Shown: positions 37,631 through 50,864, counted from the whole stretch's first letter. The stretch: 58,138 bases of DNA, filler included, from Catajapyx aquilonaris (GCA_000934665.2; 2 parts of 2 records of this genome joined end to end with filler, not necessarily neighbours in it); one strand, 5' to 3'. Translations and numbers: made by a program. Notes: generated by a model not told the origin, from the letters alone.

Positions 37631-38653
37631 AACCAAAATTTGTACAAAAATTCTTTTCCTGACATATAAAATCAGTTTCACCCCAATCCTTCAACATGTC
37701 CCCAAACCAAACTTCAGACACTTTTTGTCCCCAACCCTGTCCCACCACCCAGTAGACATTTCACTAACAGATTCCCTTCCTTTTGGTTTTGTCTCGTTGT
37801 CCTCTCGAGAAGATTGTACCCATGCGAATGGAAAAACTTTTTGTCGTCCCCCCTTAAATATGATTTTCACAGGTAGTCGTCCTGGTCCTTTGAGATGCAT
37901 ATAGATGGCGTTCTTACCCTCCCAGTGAGACACCCCCTCCAGCCTTCTTTTCACTTATTCCAAGCATCCATTTTCATTTGGAAGGAAGCCCCTCCCCAAG
38001 AAGGACAAAGATGATCCTCACGGTAAAGTATGTAAATGAGATTAACTGTACGGCGAAGCTTGTTTGCATATGGAGCTGTGTCTGACGTCGTTTGATTTCT
38101 TTTCCCTTTCTCAGAAGATGGTTGGGTGGTACCGCAGTTCAAACCTCGGCGAATATTAATTTCAGCAGTAGGGAAGGGACCAATTTTCCTCCAGACGAGC
38201 CGACTCATCTGAATTGCAATGATCTAAGTTTCTATCCGGCCAGATGTGGGAGGAGCCCAAATCTGGACCAATCAAGGAAGCTTGAGCATAACTATCGGAA
38301 GATAGAACTTTTGGTGAGAAAAAAAACATGCAAATGGCTAACTATCCCCAAACTAATAAATTCAGATCTGATAGCACGTTAATATTTTATTACGTTACAT
38401 GTTGCTTCACTCGACTATGGACAATAGTCCCTAGAGTTGGGTCTATGGGACAGGTACGTGTAGAGCCAAAACTAATTTTAATGTCCCATTGTGAATGGCA
38501 TGTGCCAACGCATCGGTAATTAAGCACCGTAGAGCCTGCTGTAAATTACAGGGTATAATCTGCAATGCGTACGACCAAAACTACGGTACATTTGGACCAG
38601 AAGTGTCCAATTAAAGGCGTGTTTTTATGGACAGGACGATGTTTTTTGTTATA

Positions 38654-38856
38654 AACGCCATCTAGTGGCAGAATTTGCTGGTTTCAGCGCCATCTAGTGG
38701 CAGAATTTGTCATCTGTTAGTACTGCCATCTACTGGCAGAATTCTCTACCTCACTGAAGCCCCATCTAGTGGCAGAATTTTCATATATTTGCAGAACACC
38801 GCCATCTAGTGATAGAATTTGTCACTGCAGCGCAGCGCCATCTAGTTGCAGGAATT
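38654..38856 (-). promoter_or_regulatory. Array of six CTCF-like motifs
   Basis: CGCCATCTAGTGGCAGAATTT (reverse complement CCACTAGATGGCG) at ~38656, 38688, 38724, 38760, 38800 and 38836 with dissimilar spacers. Confidence 0.7.
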
Positions 38857-39270
38857 GACACCTGTTGGCCCGTTTTTCAAGCCGTATAAAGTGTGAGGTT
38901 TAAGGTCACCAGGGGAGGCCCTTTGGGTGTCAAAGAGCAGGAAAGATGAAGACTGCTTTGGCCAACGTCCAAACACGTCGGCTTCGGACAAGACAGAAAC
39001 TTTTGCTGTCCCTACAGTAGCCTGTCGTCGTTGTCTGTCACATGTAACCCCTCTCTAGGGAAGAGCTGACTTGGGCAAACAAACTGCCGGCCTCCGTGTC
39101 CACCTCTCTAGACCAACAACAAAGAAGGGACGTCGTCCAGCTAATCCTTAGAGGGACGTGTAACTGTCAAGTAATGAGATTAATATTATACGGTGTGGGT
39201 GTCTTTAAAGGGGACAGTTTTGGACCAATATGGACATTCACCAGATAAAATATACCTAAAACTTCGAAAG

Positions 39271-39803
39271 TCTATACTAAACGAGGACATAGGTAAATAT
39301 GTTGCATTTCCCGACGTCGTAGCGAGTCGGGAGATGGCTCGTTGGAAAGCTCTCGTCGACAATTCGTAAGGGAAAAATCATCATAATTACAAATTTTTCT
39401 GCCGTTTGCAAGCTATGGCTTAATTGAGATTTTGCATCTCCTGTCCGCGGATCTGCCGCCAGACGAGCGCCACTATCGCCCCACCGAAACCCGTCCGCTT
39501 CGGCCGGCCACCTGACCACCTGTTTTCTCCCTTCTGCGGATTGGCAAACCCCAAGTGGTCCCCGCAACCGGCCCTAACGTAACCTTCCTTGCGGATACAG
39601 CCCTATCTTCAGCGGATACAAAAACCTATGAGAGTAGGTGGGCCGGTTGCGGGGACCACTTGGGGTTTGCCTACATGTCTGCTGATGGCGTTCGCTCCAG
39701 TGATACCAATCCCGAATGTAATGCCAACAGGGGAGGACGGCAATGGGCGAAGGCGCCCAAAGGGGGTCGAAGCCTCACCGCCGAGCGTAGCGAGGTTTTC
39801 TAC
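39271..39803 (+). mobile_element. Probable non-autonomous Helitron containing a 32-bp perfect inverted repeat (39543-39574 / 39640-39671)
   Basis: 5' TCTATACTA; 3' CGAGCGTAGCGAGGTTTTCTAC, similar to the end of 20346-20769. Confidence 0.5.
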
Positions 39804-41019
39804 TAAACAGCTGTCCTGCTGCCACCTGGTGCATATTACGATCCAACCGAGCATGATCATTCATTGGACGTTGCTAGGTACGTCCGTGTGAACAACCTTC
39901 AGTCAGAAACCGCCTCATTACAAAATTTTTCACTTTCAATGTGTATTACCTCCGAACGCTCTAATTACGAACATTCCCCCCTCGATCGCTAATAATCAAA
40001 CGCACGCCTCTCACACGAGCCTTATTGTTAGGCTCTCCTGAAGAGGATTGTCTGTCACTCGATGCGGAATGAGCTTCATTAGTGTCCGGGCAACAGGTGC
40101 TGACAAATGTAATGCAAGGGGACTCAGGCTCTTTCAAATGACACCTCCTAGTAGCTTAATCCCTAACTAATGATCAAAACCTGATCAGGACGGGTGATCA
40201 TTGTTGGCATATATATTTGAGCTATTTACATCAGTAAGTAGCATTGCTGTTCTATTGTCTGGTGAAGTCCGTTTAGTCAGAATCAGCCAGCAAATCAAAA
40301 TTTTCTGTACTCATGAGCCAGCAAGCCAGGATTTTTTTTTTGCATTAAAATAAGCCAGAATTTCCTGTAATCACAATGAGATAGAAAGCAAATATTTTCT
40401 TTCCATTCATGACGAGCCAACAAGCCAGAATTTTCTCTATTCACGAGCTACCAAGCCATGATTTTCTCTATTCAGTACAAGCCAGAAAATCATTATCTTC
40501 TGCATTAATAATGATCCAGCAAACCAGGACTTTCTCAATTCATAACAAGTCAACATGCCAGGATTTTCAGATGAGACCAGTGCAAATCCACCTAGATGAA
40601 AGATGGCGCTGCTTGAAAATTAAATTCTAAAAGTATGAACACCCCCTTTTTCTCCTTTATTTTCTACAGGAGTTTACGGATTGACCTCTAGGGAAATCAA
40701 GGCAAGGTGTTGGCAGTCACACCTGCAAAGGACTGAAGGAGCTTCAACCTTCATTCCTCCAGAGCTGAATGCTAATTGGTTGAAGGCTCATCTCACTCTG
40801 GATCAAGATGGCCGACGTTTTTTTCTTTTCTTTTGAGGAAAGGTGCGAATTAAGGGTAAATATTCAGGGGGAAAGAGGGTTATTATTCTTGAGCGTCTTT
40901 CGTTGTCGGGTGACGGAACCGTGAAGCTCAGTGGAATTTGAGGTTCAAAATTACCAGAGATGAGGAAAAAAAGAATTTGTTTTCCACTTCAAAACCACTT
41001 TTTGAGGTATTAGTTATTT

Positions 41020-41440
41020 TTATAGTGGTTATCGGTTATTTGATAGCAGTTATTGGTTATTTGTTAATATTGGTTATTAGTTAATATTGGTTATTGGTTA
41101 ATAGATAACATTAGGTATCAGATAGAATTAGTTATTTATATTGGTTATTTGTTAATATTAGTTATTGGTTATTTATATTGGTTATTTGTTAATATTAGTT
41201 ATTGGTTATTTATATTGGTTATTTGTTAATATTAGTTATTGGTAATTTATATTGGTTATTTGTTAATATTAGTTATTGGTTATTTATATTGGTTATTTGT
41301 TAATATTAGTTATTGGTAATTTATATTGGTTATTTGTTAATATTAGTTATTGGTTATTTATATTGGTTATTTATATTAGTTGTTGGTTATTTATCAGTTA
41401 TCATGTATGAGATAACATTAGTTATGAGTTCATATTAGTT
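41020..41440. repeat. 36-bp AT-rich minisatellite
   Basis: ATTTATATTGGTTATTTGTTAATATTAGTTATTGGT, about 6 copies. Confidence 0.9.
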
Positions 41441-41441
41441 A

Positions 41442-41657
41442 TCTAATATTCTAATGTACATATAAATGGCAGAGTTTGTCGGTATGTCCTATTTCCGTTT
41501 CCTCTATACCGCCCCCGCCCCTCTACCGTCCTACTCTGCCAAAGAAACAGGGTCACCAAAGATACGTAGTGTTACCATCGCAATATTCTTCTACCATTCA
41601 TCCAATATTACCATATTAATTATTCAGTTCCCGTGCGAAGAACGGGTATTCTGCTAG
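41442..41657 (+). mobile_element. Short non-autonomous Helitron
   Basis: A|TC start; 3' hairpin CCCGT-GCGAAGA-ACGGG then CTAG|T; no TSD. Confidence 0.75.
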
Positions 41658-42469
41658 TGTTAGTTAATATCCATTAGTTAATATATTAGCTAATATGTTT
41701 GCTAATATATTAGTTAATATTCATGTTATTATTGGTGCTAGTTATTATAAGCTATTAGTTAGGCTATTATTGGTTATTATAAAATATTGGTTACTGTAAG
41801 TTATTAGTTAAAATACGTTAAAATTTGAACAAATTTCCCAACCGACCCGTCCCGTGACGAGACGTCATCCCGCCTTGGCCAGCGCCTCTTTCGGCAGCGT
41901 GTTGAACTCTCCGTAACCAAAGAGTAAAGAGAGCGCCTCCAGGCAAGTGTTCCAGCAAACGGCCTGGAAGAATCTCCAGGATATGGGGGAAGGGGCGGGT
42001 GGTCTACACATTGAAGGCAACCCAGAGCTACCAATCCGGGATCCCTGGAGGCTCCAGACCAAGCCTTGTTTGCTCTCCCCCTTTGAAATCCCCTCCACTT
42101 GGTTGTTTGCCTCACCTCTTCATTGAAAATAGGCTGGACAAACACCAGGCAGCCGCTGGACACACTCTCTTTCTGGGGACGTCACCAGTCCTCAGGCCTA
42201 ATCACATACTCCAGACGGAAGGGTCTAAATACTGCATGCCCACCGCACATTGTGTAATTAGACTCTATGCAGTCGACTCTGGATATACGGCTCAAAGTCC
42301 ATGCCGTACAGTACCACATCCCTCAAATAAATGGGGCATTGACAACGGCGACGGCAACGGTTATGGGGAAAATCCTGGGGGTTACGCACTCTAGTAATAT
42401 GATGTAGGCTACTGTACACTTCGTTTGATAATCTTAGTAATATATTATAACATGTAGGCTATGTAATAA

Positions 42470-42900
42470 TAGGAAATCTGAAGGTAATCTGGGTAATCAT
42501 AGGTAATCAAGGTAGTAATCTGGGTAATAATTGTTAATAATATGACTAATATGGGTGGTTATAAGGTAATCCAGATAATCATAAGTAATCATAAGGTAAT
42601 CATAAGTAATCATAAGGTAATCATAAGTAATCATAAGGTAATCAGGGTAATCACAATTAATCATAGTTAATCATAGGACTAATATGTGTATAAGGTAATC
42701 GGTGTAATCATAGGGTAATCAAATTAGTAGTCTCGTAATCATAGTTAATAATAGGAGTAATCAGGGTTATCATAGTTAATGTGACTAATGTGGGCAATCA
42801 TAAGTAATCAAAGGAGTAATCTGGTAATCATAGTTAATAATAGGACAAATATGGGTTTTCATAAGGTAATCTGGGTAATCATAGGAGTAATCTGAGTAAT
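42470..42900. repeat. GTAATCATAAG degenerate repeat field
   Basis: Repeated TAATC motifs, 10-11 bp period. Confidence 0.85.
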
Positions 42901-43948
42901 CGTGGTGTACAGTGTACACGTTTTATGAGAGTGGGTAACCACTCGGCAATGCCACAATAATGTTCATTGGCCTGCGACACCCATTACGGGCATCATTATG
43001 GACGTATACGAACCCACAAGAAGCGCCCATAACTTTTACCGGAACCACTTTTGGGTGACCGAATTTAGCAGGGGTAGGGGCACGCTGCACCAACCTATCT
43101 CATGAATTAATTTTCATTCCAGGCGGATACACGCCTATCCTTCAACGGATACAAGCCTATCCTTCATCGGATACAAACCTATCCTTCAGAGGATACACAC
43201 ATATTTTTCAGCGGATACGCGTCTATCTTTCATCAGATCTGTAGGAACAAGTAGGGTCTCCCGATATGAAATCTGAGCCCTTTTACCATGCTAAAGTTCT
43301 GATGGATTTGGCACCAGCATTACCCCCTTTAAAGTAACCACGACCTGGCCTAACCTAATTAGTCCTAATTAGTCTAAGTTCTTACTAAGAAAACTCGCCA
43401 ATTTTTTTAGACCCGGTCCTTTCTCAAGGGTTGAATAAACCGCTGGAGGGAAAATCCTGGCCTAGAAAAGCTAGAGGAGGAGGGTAAAATTTCGCCAAAT
43501 CCTAAGGCGGTTTTGCCTCTTCTCCTACCAGATGTTTAAGAGGATTGAGGGAAAGACTTAATGAAACCCCACGCCATCTGCCGGAGCCTTCCCAGTCTCA
43601 AGAACTGGTTTTTGTTGAAGCATCGACTAATGAAGAGGCTGACCAACAATGCACAACGCTATGGTGGATACAAAACGGCGGAAATCTACGTGGAGTAGAA
43701 AAAGTATGTTAATATCGAAAAATTTATTGGAGGGAAGAAAATCGGTTTTTTATACGAAAAATTATAGGTCCAGGAGGTGTGTCACCATATATTTTCGCGT
43801 TTCATGAATGTAAATGTATCCGGTGAGAATTTTTCGGGACAGCTGCCATAATTTCTCTGCGTTGCCGCTAGAGGGCCTGAAGTATTATTTCTGAACCTGA
43901 GATCAAATCGGGGATCAATTTGGTTGAGATTACAACTGTCAGAATTGG

Positions 43949-44146
43949 CGAAATGTCGATTTTGAGTTAATTACATGACATCGATTTATCGATGTCATGT
44001 AATTTACTCAAAATCGACATTTCGTCATTGTTGTCATTGTTGTCATTATTATTTAAACTGACTGTCGACATTCCAGATTCGCGATACTTATAAGTATCGC
44101 GAATCTGGAATATCGACAGTCAGTTTAAATAATAATGACAACAATG
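43949..44146. repeat. Two adjacent long palindromes (43949-44024 and 44035-44146)
   Basis: 37-bp arms with a 2-nt loop and 56-bp arms with no loop; one mismatch each. Confidence 0.95.
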
Positions 44147-46344
44147 GTGATGGTGATTTTGAGCTTGCATATATTGAATCCGTGTAGATATCTTTAAGTG
44201 ATGTATTGTTGTAGTGTTGCAAACATTGCATCCAAATATCGAAAATCGACAATTCGACATATTTTTGATTCATATCTGGGGCATGTCTGAAAACTAATAT
44301 TAAAACCAAAAATAATTTAACTGAAAATTAAAATTAAATCGCATATTAAAATAAAATGACAATAAAAATTTAAAAATTCAAATTCAAATTTAAAATTAAA
44401 ATGTTATGGTACATATTAAGATTTAAAATTTAAACGTTAGAAAGTAAATTGAAAAATTGAAAATTACATTTTAAAATAAACATATGTTAAATTAAATTTT
44501 AAGCAAAGATGTCAAATTTTAAATTGTAAAGTAAAGATTTTAGCAATTCAATTTAAAATGAAAGTAACATTAAAAATACATATAAATATGAAATAAAAAT
44601 TTAAAGACAATTTAAATGTGAAATAAAAATTTAAAAAATATTTAAATATGAAATAAAAATGAAAATCAAATTGAAAAATGAAACCAAAATTAAATCAAAT
44701 TAAAAAATTAAACAATAATTAAAATTAAATTCAATAATAAATATAAACATTTCAAACTGGTTCTAAGGTTAAATTTGGAGCCTGCTTTCCGTTACGCATC
44801 TCTTCCTTCTCCAATAATCGAATCCCGATCAATCCTAGTCTTCCTATCCTGGAAATATCGATGTAGCCTCCTATAGGAATCCAGGGCCTCTGATAGACCA
44901 ACCCAAAAACGTCACATCTTCTTCCCAGCCAATTTAGTAAGGGTCAATACCCACCAGACTAGCAGTATAATTATGTTAACGCACCAGGTGAGCCCAGGTG
45001 ATTTTATAAAACATGCTGATAGGCCAAAATATTGCAGCGAAGTTAGCAGAAGCGAGCAGGGATTAACCCTACGCTATAGACAAAAGCATGCAAATGTATT
45101 CAAATCGAATGTGTCGGTTCAACGAGTCGAGTGCGATCATGCCATGCATTGTACATCCTCAGCCCTAACGCTCAGGTTAATCAATAGGAAGGAGGTTATT
45201 AGACACCCTGTACCCAGATCACACGAAAAAATAGTTATCCACTTTTTTAAATTATAAAGTATTGGAAAGGTCATACGTCATGGCGTTATTATTTTTATTG
45301 CGAAAAAATCATACCCATATCTGAAAGGTCATAGGTCATGTTATTATAAGTAGCCAGATTAATAGTTATTTACATCACGGTCTAGTTCATCCTAGATGCT
45401 AGATGACCTACATGGCTCTATTGGCGAAATATATTTTGAAAATTGTGAAAAAATTATATCCGTATTTGAAAGGTCATAGGTCATGCAACCTCATTAATAG
45501 TTATTTACATTATGTTAGTTAACACGGTCTAGTTCATCCTAGATATGACATACATGACATGATTTTGGATAGTTAGCACGACATATGGAGAAATAGCATA
45601 TAAGTCGTTAGCAACTTTTCTAACAAGCTGTGTATATAAATATACTACGATATGATTGTGATCATAGGCCTATAAAACATTTTAATTTTACATTAAGCAA
45701 ATTTAAGGCAGCAAATGAAAAGCCAGTTCACGACCTATTTATTATCCTAAAAACACCTAGTTAGATCCTCACACCCAAAATTAGAACCCGTTCCTACCCA
45801 GTTCCCCCAATAACTTCCAACCTTCTTCATCAGGGCTAGGCAGAAATAAAACCGAAACAACGCCCGCAATTATTCCGAAATAAAACCACCTCTCCGTACA
45901 ATTTTTTTTTTAAACCAGGTTTTATTTTAGGGAGCCGAGCTCTTTAACGACCTGTCCGCAGAGAGAGAAGTACTATCTAGTGCTAGGGGTTGTACGTCCC
46001 AGGCCTTATTTCGGTGCAGAAAACAACAAACGCGTTGTTGAAATAGGAATACCACAGAGGTGGAATGTAATAAAGCCGAAAACGGAAGCATAGAACTAGA
46101 GAACTCCTGGGGCCCGCATCACAAACATTCGGTCATAGGTTAGGATCTAGGCCAGAACTTTTTCCAGCTATGTTGAACTATAGAGCTGGATATTACAGGT
46201 CTAAACTAGAGCTAGTCATGATCTGAATTTAGGTGTCCAAGTTTAGGTCAAAATGGGAATGAAATTGGGAAAGCCACAATAACGTTCGGGATGCGGTGCA
46301 CAATACGGACCGTATTGTTGGTGTATACAAACTCACAAGAAGCG

Positions 46345-46495
46345 CCTATACTAGCCTATACTAGCTTATACTAGCCTATACTAGCCTGTACTAGCTTATA
46401 CTAGCCTAGCCTAGCCTATACTAGCCTAGCCTAGCCTATACTAGCCTAGCCTAGCCTATACTAGCCTAGCCTAGCCTATACTATACTAGCCTATT
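46345..46495. repeat. CTAGC/CTATA micro-minisatellite
   Basis: CTAGCCTATA and CTAGCCTAGC units. Confidence 0.9.
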
Positions 46496-46499
46496 CAAG

Positions 46500-46990
46500 C
46501 TCACAGTTAACTAAAATCGCACAATGAGACATGACTTGCCTGGCAGGGCCATACGACGGTTTAACTGGTGTGGACTCCCAAAAGCCATACAGATGACAAT
46601 AACACCAATGCGTTGCAAACATTACATTCAAATGTCGAAAATCGAAAATTCGAAATAATTTCGAAATAAGAAATTGATAATAATTTTAAAATGTATAAAA
46701 ATTAAAATTAAATCATATACGGTATTAAATGATAATAATAATTAAAATTAAGTCATATACGGTATTACGTAAATGATAATGATAATTAAAATTAAATCAT
46801 ATATTAAATGAAAATGGCAATTGAAACTGATGGTGATAATTACAATTAAATCATATATTAAATGAAAGCGGCAATTAAAACTGATAATTAAAATTAAATC
46901 ATAGATTAAATTTAAATTTAAATTTAAACTGATGTATAAAAATAATTATGACGCGGCCCTGACCGTACTTTTAAAACCAATAACAACATC

Positions 46991-47038
<48 letters not shown>

Positions 47039-47215
47039 TATCATTATCATTTTGTAGTAAATAAAAAGTCTGTAAGTTGGTGTTGGTGTCATCTGCATGT
47101 CTTTTGGGTGACCCCACATGTACTGCCCATCTTGTGGCCCTGCCAGGCTCTGCACGTCGCACTGCGTAATAATTTTAGTTAATTAATTAATCAATTAACA
47201 ACAATAACAACAACA

Positions 47216-47246
<31 letters not shown>

Positions 47247-47296
47247 TGATGATGATAATGATGATGATGATTAGTAGTAGTAGTAGTAGTAGCAGT

Positions 47297-47346
<50 letters not shown>

Positions 47347-47455
47347 TAGTAGTAGCAGTAGTAGTAGTAGCAGCAGCAGTAGTAGTAGTAGCAGCAGCAA
47401 CAGCAGCAGCAGTAGCAGCAGTAGTAGTAGTAGCAGCAGCAGCAGTAGTAGTAGT

Positions 47456-47540
<85 letters not shown>

Positions 47541-47670
47541 AATGAAAAGTCCGGTCAGGGTCTGTTGGTGCCATCTGTATGGCTTTTAAGCGATCCCATC
47601 ATATCTCCATATATCTTGCGGCCCTGCCAGGCACGGCAAGTCGCACTGCATGATTTTAGTTAACTGTGAG
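46500..47670. mobile_element. Foldback-like element with ~110-bp imperfect inverted arms enclosing microsatellites
   Basis: CTCACAGTTAACTAAAATC...GATTTTAGTTAACTGTGAG; extra right-arm copy at ~47080-47182; internal (ATC)n, (ACG)n and (AGT/AGC)n. Confidence 0.6.
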
Positions 47671-49219
47671 AGTAAACAGGCTGGAGGCTTCGCGTTGGTT
47701 TGTGTCCGCCAACACTGCTGTCCACCTTGCGCGCAGAAAGTCACCGAACCATTATTACCGTGCACCGTCCCGGTTAAATCAAGCCGGACAGTCCAAGTGT
47801 TTCTGAATTTAGCCTTCCTGTTTCTAAACTCTCTAGGTTTCTAAACAAATAGTGAAGATTGCGGATTGGTCTAAAACCTGGCTCCACCTTAATTTTATTT
47901 ACCCATCCGCCATGTTTGTCATCCCAGTCACGTTCATCACGGCCCATTATTCCGTCTGCCTTCAGGAAGACGGAATAAGACCAGTGCTCTGGCCCTGTAT
48001 GTCAAAGGGCAACTTTGCAACAGTATATACACACAGAAGTCTGCTTTGGTATTCAAGTCTTGTGAGGGAGAAGTTGATGCCCGCATGAATCGCAACCGCA
48101 TTATGCTTCACTCCGTGGGAACCGGCGCCATTTACATTATTACCGCTGTCATAACTCTATGCGACGCTTGACGCCTGACTACTAATTCATAGATTGTGGA
48201 CACACACAACAGTTGGCATAGAAATGCCTTTTAAAAAAGACTGTTCCACTCCGCCATATTGAATCCGACAGTTCAAATCCCGGCCATTTTGAATCCATCT
48301 CAGCAATAAGTTGGATTCAAAATGGCTGTTTCACGCCTCCATTTTCAATCAACATCATAAAGACGACGAATACAAAACAATGGCTGCTTCAGTCCACCAT
48401 TTTGAATCCACATCAGAAAAACGATGATTGTAAAAAATGGTTGCTTCACTCTGCCATTTTGAATCCGCCGTTTTAATGACTTCAAAATGGCTCTTTAACT
48501 TCTCCATTTTCAATCTGCATTCAAAACACTGAATGCAAAAATGTTTGCTCCAATCCGCCATTTTGAATCCGAACCATTGATTTCTTTTCCGCCCAGAGGG
48601 AGCCACAGGTGCGTCTCCTTCCAACCGGAGACAAACGAGCTGTCACGAAATTTCTGCCGCACTACAAGCCAGCAGATCATCCCGGGCTAAATCAGACGGA
48701 AAAAGACAGACTTGGGATTAAGCATGTCTGCAGCCGCCATCTTGCGACTGTCGCCTACAGTCGCACTTCAAGGATCGGATTACAACTGTAGCGAAACAGA
48801 AGGGAAAACAAGGTGGGATCTTGTGTCTTCAGATGATGGAGTGTACAGTACAAAGAGACGGGATCGGATTGGCTCAAAACTTGAGAATGTTTGGGAATGT
48901 GATTGGCTCCACTGTAGGGTTCCATATAAGGCCGCTTTTCTACCTATAGGCGTCGGAAAGCATCTTTACGAGTCCCTTCTGCTAGTGGTACACTGCTAGT
49001 TAGCTAGCAACGAACTAAAATTATCAGGCAATGCGACGAGCCCAGGACGGACGCCGGTTCTTGTGCGGTGACCCAAAGTCCATACAAATGACATACAAAT
49101 GACAGCACTTGGGTCGTTTTTACCTGTGTCATTATTACCTGACACTCTTAGTGTCACGCGATGGAAAGTTGTACTTTCATTTCAAACCAGTAGAAAGAGA
49201 CATCTGGCTGCGGCTGTGG

Positions 49220-49229
49220 CTACTAGTAC

Positions 49230-49264
<35 letters not shown>

Positions 49265-49763
49265 CTCCTACTAATACTCCTACTAATACATCAACTGCAG
49301 CTGCTGCAACTTCAGCTACTACTACTACTACTGTACTACAGCTGCTGCTACTACTACTACTACTAATGCAGCAACAGCTGCTGCTAATACTCCTACTCCT
49401 ATTCATACAGCAACTCTTTCTGCTTGGTACTAAAACTATTGCAACAACGGGTTCTACTACAATAACAAATACTATAGCAACTACGACTACTACTTACTGC
49501 AACGACTAATACTACTGCTACTACTTACTGCAACGACTACTACTACTTACTGCAACGATTACGACGACTACTACTACTGCTACTACTTACTGCAACGACT
49601 ACTACTACTACTACTTACTGCAACGACTACTACTACTACTACTTACTGCAACGATTACGACGACGACTACTGCTACTACTACAACTACTACTTACTGCAA
49701 CGATTACGACGACGACTACTGCTACTACTACAACTACTACTTACTGCAACGATTACGACGACG

Positions 49764-49812
<49 letters not shown>

Positions 49813-50076
49813 ACTGCAACGATTACGACTACTACTTCTACGACGACTACTACTACTGATACTACTACTACTGCTGCTACTGCTACTACTACTACTTCTA
49901 CTGCTGCTACTACTTCTACTAATACAATTACTACAGCTACTGTTTTAGCTAAAACTACTACAGCTACAGCTACTTCGACGACTACTACTGATTCTACTAC
50001 TACTTCTACTGCTGCTACTACTAATACAACTACTACAGCTACTGGGTTTTTAAAACTGCTACTGCTACTGCTACTG

Positions 50077-50122
<46 letters not shown>

Positions 50123-50140
50123 CCTACTACTACTACTACC
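49220..50140. repeat. Compound (CTA/CTG/CGA)n microsatellite with higher-order TTACTGCAACGA unit
   Basis: Seen directly in the sequence. Confidence 0.9.
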
Positions 50141-50358
50141 ATATCTGCGGCTGCCGTATTACTATGGGAGACGCACTCGCTGCTACCACCCAAACCTACA
50201 GTACTACTTACACCCAAATCCGCCATAAATCACGCCAACAAAGGCCTCCCCGCAAAGTATCATCCCAACAATATAAACCCATAGGGTGTTCTTCATTTGA
50301 CTAGGATTCTAGCCTCCTCCCATCCCCCTCTGATCCCATCCTCCCCCCCCCCCCTCCC

Positions 50359-50511
50359 NNNNNNNNNNNNNNNNNNNNNNNNNNNNNNNNNNNNNNNNNN
50401 NNNNNNNNNNNNNNNNNNNNNNNNNNNNNNNNNNNNNNNNNNNNNNNNNNNNNNNNNNNNNNNNNNNNNNNNNNNNNNNNNNNNNNNNNNNNNNNNNNNN
50501 NNNNNNNNNNN
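50359..50511. other. Assembly gap
   Basis: N run between poly-C and poly-G. Confidence 0.95.
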
Positions 50512-50864
50512 GGGGGGGGGGGGGGGGGGGGGAGCTTCCTCCACATAAGCTTATGGGAAGAAGAAGTGGGAGGGAAATGGTGGTGTTATGGAAAGGCGAG
50601 GAGGTAATATGGCGGGGATGGGACATATTTACGCACCGGAACTGACGTCATGACTCTCACTTAGGGACGGCCAGGGGCAGTGGCTGTCCGAAGTGAGGCG
50701 AGTCTAGATTGAGGTTGGGTGTCTTATGGGAAGGCTGCACAAGAAGGGGGAAATGGTCAATGACGGATTTGAGGGTTAAGTTTTGATAGGTACATTGGAT
50801 GAATCATTTTCCATAAGGTGATCCAGAAATGCTTTTCCCATTTATTAGTGCTTTTCCCCACATC

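Noticed and set aside
36343..37665. Long ORFs with repeated EFC/RNSV peptides
   Set aside because: They are translations of a degenerate tandem repeat open in several frames.
38654..38856. CRISPR array
   Set aside because: Eukaryotic context, no cas genes, spacers only 11-19 nt and repeats degenerate; better explained as CTCF motifs.
40038..40080. Hammerhead ribozyme core CTGAAGA
   Set aside because: No stem II or downstream GAAA in the right arrangement; no convincing hammerhead was seen anywhere.
40669..40810. Possible exon after a strong polypyrimidine/CAG acceptor
   Set aside because: No recognisable peptide and no clear donor; could be non-coding but is unsupported.
46061..46080. miR-1-like TGGAATGTAA
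   Set aside because: Only 10 nt match and there is no precursor hairpin; TAAGGCACGC at 7604 (miR-124-like) is likewise just a splice donor.
47191..49509. Poly-L, poly-S and poly-A/T ORFs
   Set aside because: Microsatellite translations with no splice or domain support.
50340..50533. Poly-C/poly-G inverted structure
   Set aside because: It flanks an N gap and is probably a sequencing drop-out.
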